Below are positions 7,691 to 15,898 of a DNA stretch of 29,025 nt, one piece after another; within the stretch, counting starts at the first letter, position 1, and every line of letters starts with the position of its first letter. The stretch is from the IMG/VR virus record IMGVR_UViG_3300037501_000260, positions 1 to 29,025 of that record; one strand, 5' to 3'. The notes under the pieces are model-generated. The model searched no databases. It saw only the letters and a program-made list of their open reading frames with translations, and was not told where the DNA came from. The stretch is from a virus. Lineage: Duplodnaviria > Caudoviricetes. Made by a program: the position numbers and the translations under genes.

Positions 7691-8376
7691 TCATACTAAC
7701 TGCCATTTTTTCTATTCTTTTTTTGTTTTTTTTGGCTGTACTCGCGGTATACGGAGATATAAAGCACTACTCGACATATCGCGCGGACAGCCATGAAGTC
7801 GTAAAATTGATACCAATGGCAGGCGCGGAAAAAATAATTGACGATTACGATTTTACGAACTGCAATTTCCGAAGCGGTGCGGTTAAAAGATTTTTGTCGA
7901 TGTTTCCAAAAAACAAATTCTCTCCCGAAGAGTCGGACTATATCGAGATCACTTGTGCCGCTCACTCAATTTCGCCGCTTATAATACTCACGAAACTTGA
8001 GACAGAAAATAATCTTGTTACTTGCAACCAAATCACAAATTACGAATACCGGAAACGTTGGGCGCTTGGATGCGCAATGTACACGACGATCAACAGCAAC
8101 GGCGTGATAATCAAGCCTTACGCAGGATTTGAAAAACAGATATATACCGCTTGCAAGAAACTGCGTGATCATTTCAATTCTTGGCGCGATGGTGATATAG
8201 TGTATCTCAATCTCGATACAATCGCAGTGTTGCCAATCAACGCCGCGACGTATGCGCTGCATAAATACACTCCATTTTGGGGCGAGCACAGAGAAAACGG
8301 CGCGCATTGCAGCGGCAATGAGTCTTTTATTGTCGTATTTAATAATTTCAAAAAAATATGGAAGTCGGTAAAATGA
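7612..8376 (+). CDS. Membrane-anchored lysozyme-like protein; true start probably near 7690
   Basis: Hydrophobic helix IILTAIFSILFLFFLAVLAVY; ISPLIILTKLETE, ALGC, YAGFEKQI, NAATYALHKYTP, GNESF. Confidence 0.55.
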   Translation: MRIQRDVARCTRACKTKHSSLSDTGVIILTAIFSILFLFFLAVLAVYGDIKHYSTYRADSHEVVKLIPMAGAEKIIDDYDFTNCNFRSGAVKRFLSMFPKNKFSPEESDYIEITCAAHSISPLIILTKLETENNLVTCNQITNYEYRKRWALGCAMYTTINSNGVIIKPYAGFEKQIYTACKKLRDHFNSWRDGDIVYLNLDTIAVLPINAATYALHKYTPFWGEHRENGAHCSGNESFIVVFNNFKKIWKSVK

Positions 8377-8810
8377 TAGTCTATCTCAAAAAAATAAAAG
8401 ATAAACTCGTGCCAGAATCTTACGATGACAAAAAAAATCTCGACTTAATCCGATTAAAAACAAAAGATGGCGAGCGAATACGATTGGAGATACAAAAAGA
8501 CCGCTCGACAAAACAACACCGCCTATATTGGAGTATGCTACAATACGCAATCGAGAACAGCGAAAAAATATCGAACACATACAAGAGCGCGCAAGAACTG
8601 CATATCGTGCTCAAGCACGAGTACTGCGCTTTGCGACCAGAGATGTACCGAGTAGTAAAGCTTTTTTCCGGGGAAAAGAGACGCACGGTTTTTTCGGAAA
8701 GCCCTTACGAAATGAAGCAAAAGGATTTTGACGAGTATTTTTCGTTTGCCGAGCAAATAGTTTCGAAAGTGATTGGCTATCCGATACTTGACACGATGGG
8801 GGTGGCATGA
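8373..8810 (+). CDS. NinB/DUF1367-like protein
   Basis: RSTKQHRLYWSML, MKQKDFDEYF; nin-region context. Confidence 0.6.
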   Translation: MIVYLKKIKDKLVPESYDDKKNLDLIRLKTKDGERIRLEIQKDRSTKQHRLYWSMLQYAIENSEKISNTYKSAQELHIVLKHEYCALRPEMYRVVKLFSGEKRRTVFSESPYEMKQKDFDEYFSFAEQIVSKVIGYPILDTMGVA

Positions 8811-9091
8811 GATACGTTAGATATGGAAGTCTTCCGGATGGCTCGATTTTCCGCGACGTGTGCGGCGTGTACTACGTCAAGCGCACATATCATAGCGACG
8901 GGCGCGATATACCAGCGAGCGACCCTTTGCCGATCTATCGGGGCGCTACAGAGATCACGCATCACACGCCATCGGAGATAGTGCTAACGATCAGCAGACA
9001 AGATATACGGCGAGCTATAAACCGATTGACAAAAAAAGCTCGGAGGTTATATTATACACATGCTTATCGACGCAAGCTTGGCAATAAATGA
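8807..9091 (+). CDS. Hypothetical protein
   Basis: ATGA overlap, GGGGGTG SD-like sequence. Confidence 0.6.
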   Translation: MRYVRYGSLPDGSIFRDVCGVYYVKRTYHSDGRDIPASDPLPIYRGATEITHHTPSEIVLTISRQDIRRAINRLTKKARRLYYTHAYRRKLGNK

Positions 9092-9527
9092 ACTGCGGAA
9101 CTTATTTGCTGCACACGTTGGTACCGAGCGCTTCCGGTTTTTGACCGACCGGTTACAATTTATCCCTGAGCTATCACCATACAAAATACAGCGTGCGTCA
9201 ATCGCTGGGGATGCTATCGTCGGCTATCTTGAGTGCTACATAGACACTGCCGATGTTGCACGCAATCTAATCGCAGCGTCTTTCAAACCGTCATCGATAA
9301 CTTTCGCTCGTGATGCTATAGCATATACCAATTTGCTTTTCCGCAATTATTGCGTTAGGAAAATCGTGGTAGAAATAGCAACAAATAATTCACTCGCGGA
9401 CACGTTTCGAAAATTTTTTAAAAAAAATGGCACACGCTATGTCGGAACACTATTAAAAGACCGTAAGTACCGCGGCGTAATATCAGATGTCGAGATATAC
9501 GAAATAACACCGGAAAACATAAAATAA
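9060..9527 (+). CDS. GNAT (RimJ/RimL-like) acetyltransferase
   Basis: IVGYL, RKIVVEIATNN, G.RYVGTLLKDRKYRG.ISDVEIYEI; GGAGG SD. Confidence 0.6.
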   Translation: MLIDASLAINELRNLFAAHVGTERFRFLTDRLQFIPELSPYKIQRASIAGDAIVGYLECYIDTADVARNLIAASFKPSSITFARDAIAYTNLLFRNYCVRKIVVEIATNNSLADTFRKFFKKNGTRYVGTLLKDRKYRGVISDVEIYEITPENIK

Positions 9528-9540
9528 TCCAAATAAAAAA

Positions 9541-11139
9541 ATGGAAAAAAACAAAGAAAAAACCGGAAGAAAACAGCGGGTGAACAACGGGTGGAAGCCA
9601 GGTCAATCCGGCAATCCAAAAGGGAGACCGAAAGGCAAGGGGATCGCCGCTCACTTGCGGGAGATGGCGGAGGATGTGCACAAATCATCGCATGATGACT
9701 GGATCGTAACGCGGGGGGAGGCGCTCGCGAAAGCGCTTTTCGATATGGCGGAAACCGGCGACCCGCGGGAGCGGTTATACGCAATCGAGAAAATCCTTGA
9801 GTACGTTGACGGTAAAGCGCCGACGAAGATATTGCGGCAATCGCTTACCGAGGACAGACGCGATGCGATACGCTATCGCATACGCCGTGGGTTATGCTAT
9901 GCGCAGTTACAACTGATCGATAGTATCAAGCGGCGGAAACTTGGGATGGCAGGACGCCGCGCTGGGAAGACGTATTGTATCGCGAGACGGTTTGTCGATC
10001 TTGCGGCGATGCACGATGGCGGCGAGGCATTATACATAGGGCTTACCGCCAAGACGGCATGGGAGCAGATGCTTCCGCACGTGATCGATGCGTTTTCAGC
10101 GGCAAAAATAGATCACAATATCAACGCGGCAAAATCTCTAATTGAGTACGAGGGCGGTGGGCTCTTGCGATTCTGCGGCAATGAGAGCCGCGACGACCGC
10201 GAGAAAATGCGCGGCTACGGTAAGGACAGACGGCTTGTAGTGATCGATGAATGCCAATCTCAAAAAGAGTTACGCTATCTTATCACCGAGATACTTGAGC
10301 CGACGCTGTTTGACACGCAGGGGACGATTGAGATGTACGGCACGCCGCCACGTGTGCGCGGCACGTTTTGGGAGCACGAATGGAGTAACACAAATTTAGA
10401 CGCGCTGAAAATATCATGGACGATGTTTGACAACCCCGCGATCCCCGATCCGCAGCGGCAATTGGATGATCTTATGCTGCAACGCGGATGGACGCTGTCG
10501 AGCACAATTGTGCAACGCGAATACCTCGGCAAAATCATATACGACGACGAGGCGCTTGTGATCAGGTTAACCGATAAGCATTATTACACCGACGAGGATT
10601 ATAATATTTGGCGAGAAAAACACGGCGATGTCCGCATCGTATGCGGGCTTGATCTTGGGTACGAGGATGCAGATGCCGTTTGCGCGCTTGCATATTCCCC
10701 TGCGTCTCCGATGGTGTGGGTTGTGTACGAGCAGACGGTACGGCGTCAGACGATAGGCGATCTCGTGTCGATGGTGCGTGAGGCACTTGACAAATCCGCG
10801 GTCTATGGCGATATTAGAGGCACGTTTGTTTTGACCGACATGGGCGGTCTCGGCAAAAAGATCGCGGAAGATCTGTTCTACGCGCACAACCTGCCGATCA
10901 TGCCAGCGGAAAAGTCCGCGAAAGAAGCAGCGGTCGAGATGCTGCAACATGCGGTCATAACGGGGAACTTAAGGGTACGAAAGGATGGGCTATTCGATGC
11001 AGACGCAAAACGCATCGTGTACAAGCGTGATGAGCTGGACAATATCATCCGCGTCGTCGACGATGACATTTGCCATTCTGATATTTTCGACGCAGTACTG
11101 TACGCATATCGTGAGGCGGTGAAGCATGTCGGTGCTTGA
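9541..11139 (+). CDS. terL: Terminase large subunit with N-terminal small-subunit-like (DUF5681-type) domain
   Basis: GWKPGQSGNPKGRPKG at aa 17-32; Walker A AGRRAGKT at aa 137; Walker B LVVIDE; YGTP; nuclease GLDLG..D...HSDIFDAVLYA. Confidence 0.92.
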   Translation: MEKNKEKTGRKQRVNNGWKPGQSGNPKGRPKGKGIAAHLREMAEDVHKSSHDDWIVTRGEALAKALFDMAETGDPRERLYAIEKILEYVDGKAPTKILRQSLTEDRRDAIRYRIRRGLCYAQLQLIDSIKRRKLGMAGRRAGKTYCIARRFVDLAAMHDGGEALYIGLTAKTAWEQMLPHVIDAFSAAKIDHNINAAKSLIEYEGGGLLRFCGNESRDDREKMRGYGKDRRLVVIDECQSQKELRYLITEILEPTLFDTQGTIEMYGTPPRVRGTFWEHEWSNTNLDALKISWTMFDNPAIPDPQRQLDDLMLQRGWTLSSTIVQREYLGKIIYDDEALVIRLTDKHYYTDEDYNIWREKHGDVRIVCGLDLGYEDADAVCALAYSPASPMVWVVYEQTVRRQTIGDLVSMVREALDKSAVYGDIRGTFVLTDMGGLGKKIAEDLFYAHNLPIMPAEKSAKEAAVEMLQHAVITGNLRVRKDGLFDADAKRIVYKRDELDNIIRVVDDDICHSDIFDAVLYAYREAVKHVGA

Positions 11140-11335
11140 TATTGTTGGCAAGTGGATTATCGGCGGCAAACCTGAACCGCGCGCTGATCTCACGTACGAG
11201 GAGATCAAGCGGCTTGTCAACGAGACCGGAACAATCGCACAGATCAAACTCGCGAACGGGAACATACTAACGATCACGCCGCGCGAAACGAAACAGGAGC
11301 GCCGCCGCCGGATACACGAGGAAAACGCATGGTGA
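11126..11335 (+). CDS. Hypothetical protein
   Basis: GAGGCGGTGA SD-like sequence; fills the terminase-portal gap. Confidence 0.65.
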   Translation: MSVLDIVGKWIIGGKPEPRADLTYEEIKRLVNETGTIAQIKLANGNILTITPRETKQERRRRIHEENAW

Positions 11336-13077
11336 AAATAATCGACACTCAAGACACGCGCGCGATCAAGAGCGAGATACAGCGCATACGCGCGATGTGC
11401 GACAGAGTCCTGCCGCGATACCAGCGCAACCTCGCAAGATACTGCAACGTGCAAGACGGGCGCACAGCACTTGCCAATCTCCAAGACATCGAATACCCTT
11501 ACAACTACTACGCGAGCGATGTTGATCTATACTCGACTTACAACGTGGTCAAGTCCTGTACCGACACGCTCACGAGCAAGATTTCGCAGAGCAAAGTCCG
11601 CCCATTTTTCAACGCGGTCGATGGAAGTTTTCATACTCGCAAAGTATGCCTCAACGCGCAGAGATTTTTTGATATTTATTTCGATAACCAGGATATCTAT
11701 GCGCAGTCTGCGATTGCGGTGCGCGATGCGTTGCTGTTTGGACTCGGCGTTATGTGGATCGACGACAGTTCTTATCGCATACGACGTATCCCTCCGTGGT
11801 GGCTGTACGTTGATCCTTATGAGTACACAGAGGGCATTATTACGCGATGTTATGTGCGGCAACCGCATTACCCACGCGCCGCGCTCAAAAAACTACTCGA
11901 CACACAAGATGCGAAACTTGACGACTACGCGCACAAGGTCGAAGTATGCACTTACTACGATCTGGAGAGCAAGCGCAAGTATATCTATGTCAACGGAGAT
12001 TGCGCGCGGGTGTCTGATATTCCGTACGATGTCCCGCCTTTCGAGATTGTCTATTGGCTGCGTCCAGTGAAAGGGTTTTTCGCGCCCGCCGCTGCCGACG
12101 ACATATACCCGATACAAGTGCGCATCGACGATCTTGAGCAAATCATCAAAGACGCATACGAAAAATCGGTGAAACACATGTTGCTCGTAGCTGACAAGAG
12201 CAATGTCAAAATATCATCGATAAGCAACAGCCCCGATACTGCTGTTTCTTACACCGCGACGCCGACGCCGTATCCTCCGGTGCAAGCGTTCACGCCGCCG
12301 CCGATTGACCCGGCATACGAGCGGCGACTTGCGGAACTTATCAACCGTGCTTACGAGTTCTACGGCATCTCGCAGCTATCCGCGCAATCGAAGCGTCCGA
12401 AAGGCGTTACGTCCGCACTACAGATCGAGACGATGCAAGATGTCGAGAGCGAGCGGTACAACGTATTTTTATCGGAGTGCATTTCGTTGTTTCCGCGCAT
12501 CGCAAAAAAATGCATAGATATTTTCCCGCCGGAAGCAGAAATCATTGACGACCCGCGGATCAAGGGATACACATGGGCAGACATACAAGCCGCGCGCAAA
12601 CTGTACCAGATACAGTTTTCGTCGGCGCACGTGCTTTCGAAAGACCCGAGCGAAAAGATCAAGCAGATACAAGAGCTCATCGCGATGGGATATATCGATC
12701 AGCGGACAGCGGCGAACTTGCTTGAGTTGCCTGACGTTGAGCGCGCCTACAACATTAGCAACGCCGCCGCCGATTACTGCGAGACGATAATCGAGCGTGC
12801 ACTCACCACCGGCGATATAACCGGATGGAGCAAGGTCGTCGATCTCGATATGTTGATCTCGATGACGGCGACGTACATTATGCGGCTTGATATTGTCAAT
12901 GCGCCGAAAAAAGAAATCGAAATCTTAACCGCGTTGTTGAAAACAGCGATGACGGAAAAAGATAAAGCAATCAAAGCAACAGCGCAAACGGAAACGCCGC
13001 CTCCGCCAGCACCGCCCGCTGGTGATATGGCAACGGTTCCGCCGCCTGACGCGATGAGTGCTGGACAAGCCCCGTGA
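11329..13077 (+). CDS. Portal protein (podovirus/P22-like)
   Basis: 582 aa after terminase; NVVKSCTDTLTSKI, RDALLFGLG, YEFYGISQLSAQ..GVTSA, Pro-rich tail. Confidence 0.8.
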   Translation: MVKIIDTQDTRAIKSEIQRIRAMCDRVLPRYQRNLARYCNVQDGRTALANLQDIEYPYNYYASDVDLYSTYNVVKSCTDTLTSKISQSKVRPFFNAVDGSFHTRKVCLNAQRFFDIYFDNQDIYAQSAIAVRDALLFGLGVMWIDDSSYRIRRIPPWWLYVDPYEYTEGIITRCYVRQPHYPRAALKKLLDTQDAKLDDYAHKVEVCTYYDLESKRKYIYVNGDCARVSDIPYDVPPFEIVYWLRPVKGFFAPAAADDIYPIQVRIDDLEQIIKDAYEKSVKHMLLVADKSNVKISSISNSPDTAVSYTATPTPYPPVQAFTPPPIDPAYERRLAELINRAYEFYGISQLSAQSKRPKGVTSALQIETMQDVESERYNVFLSECISLFPRIAKKCIDIFPPEAEIIDDPRIKGYTWADIQAARKLYQIQFSSAHVLSKDPSEKIKQIQELIAMGYIDQRTAANLLELPDVERAYNISNAAADYCETIIERALTTGDITGWSKVVDLDMLISMTATYIMRLDIVNAPKKEIEILTALLKTAMTEKDKAIKATAQTETPPPPAPPAGDMATVPPPDAMSAGQAP

Positions 13078-13092
13078 GGGGAAGGAGGCAAA

Positions 13093-13707
13093 ATGCCAGA
13101 AAACACAATGCCCCCGACGGGGGCGACAGACGTTGACTACGTGCAATCGCTTGCGGATGGGCTTAACGCGATGCGTCATGCTATCCTCGAGATCGGGCAG
13201 CACGTGCAGGCGCTTGAGAGCGAGTTCACACCGTTGAAACAGCGGTATGAAATCCTTGAGAGTACCTGCAAAAAATTCCTCGACGAATGGGAGCAGCGCG
13301 CGCTTGAAAAACTACGCGAAGACGGGATTGCCGAGATCAAGGGCAAGTACAAGGACAATGCCGAGTACAATGACCTTGTCGGAAAAATCCACGAATTGGC
13401 AGATCTTAAGAGCTACGGCTACGAAGATGGATGGTCGTATATCTATGATCTGCTCGATGAGGCGCGGCGCGAAGCCGAGCAAGCGAAAGAGCAAGCCGGT
13501 GATAACGCGCAACCGTTCGAAGAAGGGAAGTTCCTTGATGGCGTGTTCGGGTCGATCAAGGACAAAATGAAAAAAATTGCGGATGCGGCAAAAAAGGAAT
13601 TGCCGGAAGCCGCCGCGGTGCAAATCAAAGCCGCGATACCCGAAGATGAAAAAATGAAAGCAGAAGCCGACGAAGCGGTGCGCATCGCGCGCAAGCTACG
13701 CGGCTAA
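13093..13707 (+). CDS. Putative scaffolding protein
   Basis: Acidic helical protein between portal and capsid; basic C-terminus; AAGGAGG SD. Confidence 0.6.
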   Translation: MPENTMPPTGATDVDYVQSLADGLNAMRHAILEIGQHVQALESEFTPLKQRYEILESTCKKFLDEWEQRALEKLREDGIAEIKGKYKDNAEYNDLVGKIHELADLKSYGYEDGWSYIYDLLDEARREAEQAKEQAGDNAQPFEEGKFLDGVFGSIKDKMKKIADAAKKELPEAAAVQIKAAIPEDEKMKAEADEAVRIARKLRG

Positions 13708-13718
13708 AGGAGTAGATT

Positions 13719-15101
13719 ATGAGTCTCGCAACTTTACTGTCTTCCACGGTATTGCCTGCGCTTAAAGAATACTATGGATCGCAGAAGATCACATCGTTGA
13801 CGGAGCGGGCAAGCCCTGCTCTGCAACTGATGAAGCCGGAATACTTTTCCGGGAAAACCTATCCGACGCCGTTCAAAACTTACGACGGTGCCGGCGCGAG
13901 CGGCGATTACACGATTGCCGCCGCAGAAGTGTCGTCGGTGTTCGGCACGCAGGCGGCTGGGGTAACGCCTGCAACGTATTTCTCGACGTACCAGATCGAC
14001 CCGCTTGAGTACCAGGCGAGCCGCGAGAACAAGGGGGCGTTCATACAGCTCAACATCGCAAAAATGGCAGCTGCTTTGAGCAACATGCGCCGCGGTCTTG
14101 GCGGCGCGCTCTATGGATACGGGTACGGCGAGGTGGGGCAAGTGCTTGAGGATGCAAGCTCCGGTACTGATGAGATCGTTGTCGATAGCGCGACGGCGAT
14201 CAAACTCGACATCGGCAAGCGTATCTCGATCTATAATTCAAGCAACCCGACAAGCGGAAGCGCGATCAGCGGCAGCCCGTACACGATCTCGACGATCACG
14301 CGCAACAGCTCTACCGGTAACTACACGATCAAGCTTACAGCCAATCTCTCGGCATCGGTTACCGCGGGCTATTGGGTGCGTGTGTACGGTGGCGTTGATG
14401 GTTCCGGCAACGGGCGTTTGCCAGCAGGCATCGCGCAGTGGAATCCGTATCTCGATGACCGCGACGGCACTGATTGGGCGTCGTATATAGCGACTTCCTT
14501 TTTCGGGTTCTCGCGTTCTGCGTTCGTTGATCGGTACTGCGGCGCATTCTACAAGCGCCAATCGTCCGAGTCGTATGCGGATGCACTCGTAGAAGGGATA
14601 CGGCTTGCGCGTCGCGGCGGACTTTCCGGTGCGGCAGTCGTGCTCGTTAACGATCAGGACTACAAAACGATCTTGGCGGAAGCAAACGCAAAGCTCGCGT
14701 ACTGGTCGGATGTCAACGGCGCGAAAAAGACGACGATTGGTTACAACTTCGGCGGCAAAGCTTTGTCCGCGGCGTTCTCCGAGAACGAAGTCAAGCAGAT
14801 CATTGATGATCCGTTCTGCCCGAAGGGCGTTGCGCATATCATCGACCCGGAAGAATGGAAGATGATCGTGATGACGCGCGTCGGCGATTTGCTTTCGAAC
14901 GTCCCCGACGCAAACAAGCCGGGGAACGACGACGTTTACGGCGCAGGCGACAAGCCGCTGAACTTCGGGATGCTGCTTGATGACTGGCTCTCTATCGAGC
15001 CGGTACAGACAGCTAACGGCGTCGGCGCGCTTGTGTCGATCAACTTTTTCGGCAACTTCGTTTGCAACAAGCCGTCGGCTAACTGCGCGGTTGTGTTTTA
15101 A
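13719..15101 (+). CDS. Major capsid protein
   Basis: 460 aa, strong SD, ALKEYY N-arm, LYGYGYG followed by a beta-rich insertion, C-terminal FFGNFVCNKP. Confidence 0.8.
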   Translation: MSLATLLSSTVLPALKEYYGSQKITSLTERASPALQLMKPEYFSGKTYPTPFKTYDGAGASGDYTIAAAEVSSVFGTQAAGVTPATYFSTYQIDPLEYQASRENKGAFIQLNIAKMAAALSNMRRGLGGALYGYGYGEVGQVLEDASSGTDEIVVDSATAIKLDIGKRISIYNSSNPTSGSAISGSPYTISTITRNSSTGNYTIKLTANLSASVTAGYWVRVYGGVDGSGNGRLPAGIAQWNPYLDDRDGTDWASYIATSFFGFSRSAFVDRYCGAFYKRQSSESYADALVEGIRLARRGGLSGAAVVLVNDQDYKTILAEANAKLAYWSDVNGAKKTTIGYNFGGKALSAAFSENEVKQIIDDPFCPKGVAHIIDPEEWKMIVMTRVGDLLSNVPDANKPGNDDVYGAGDKPLNFGMLLDDWLSIEPVQTANGVGALVSINFFGNFVCNKPSANCAVVF

Positions 15102-15112
15102 GGGCTGAGTGT

Positions 15113-15898
15113 ATGGCGATCTCGGTAGCATCGTTGATCTCTCGTGCCTTGTCAATCTCAGATCATACTAACTCCTCCTTTCTAACGCAAGGCGATAAGC
15201 ACGAGGCGATCAACGAGAGCTACCGAGACGCCTACAATTTTTTGTGCAATAATAACGACGATTATTTTTTGACAGAATTGGAATTTTCTATCACGTCGAA
15301 ATACCAACTTCCAAATGATTTTTTGCGTTTGCGCGCATTGGATTATGACGATGGTGGCAAATGGTCGGAAGTCAAAAAATTTGCGATTAATCAACGAAAC
15401 GCGCTGCAACAGAGCGGCGATGTCGCGCCGATGTATCGTCTGTCTGGTGAGTATCTATATATCATCCCGCAAGATGTAGCATACTCGATGCGGATGTGGT
15501 ACTATCCGCAGCCATCGGTGCTGGTGTCAAGCGGTATATCGTCTTGGGTAACTGCGACCGCGTACAAGATCGGTGATATGGTATCGCAGAGCGGCAGCGT
15601 GTACGTTTGCATTATCGAGCATACGTCAGGGACATTTTCAACGGATTTGGCAGCAGGCAAGTGGTCGCTGTACACCGACGATCCTGTGGATGAGATTGAC
15701 TATCCTAATAACCTCGTGCACGAAATTATTGTGTATTCAGCGGCAAAAAATTATCGCGCGAAGGCAAGGCAAGAATACGCGGCGATCAATGAGCGGCTCG
15801 CGGAACTGTGGATGCGGTTCGAAACGCAATCGCGGCGCGATGACGCTAACGCGGAAAAAATAAATTCAGTATATCCTAAACGCAGGATCATAATTTGA
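15113..15898 (+). CDS. Head-tail adaptor with inserted carbohydrate-binding-like module
   Basis: Follows capsid; INESYRD, YQLPNDFLRLR, WYYPQP; insert WVTATAYKIGDMVSQSGSVYVCIIEHTS. Confidence 0.7.
   Translation: MAISVASLISRALSISDHTNSSFLTQGDKHEAINESYRDAYNFLCNNNDDYFLTELEFSITSKYQLPNDFLRLRALDYDDGGKWSEVKKFAINQRNALQQSGDVAPMYRLSGEYLYIIPQDVAYSMRMWYYPQPSVLVSSGISSWVTATAYKIGDMVSQSGSVYVCIIEHTSGTFSTDLAAGKWSLYTDDPVDEIDYPNNLVHEIIVYSAAKNYRAKARQEYAAINERLAELWMRFETQSRRDDANAEKINSVYPKRRIII

Noticed and set aside
14238-15155. 305-aa minus-strand ORF
   Set aside because: Antisense shadow of the capsid gene; no motifs, explained by codon bias
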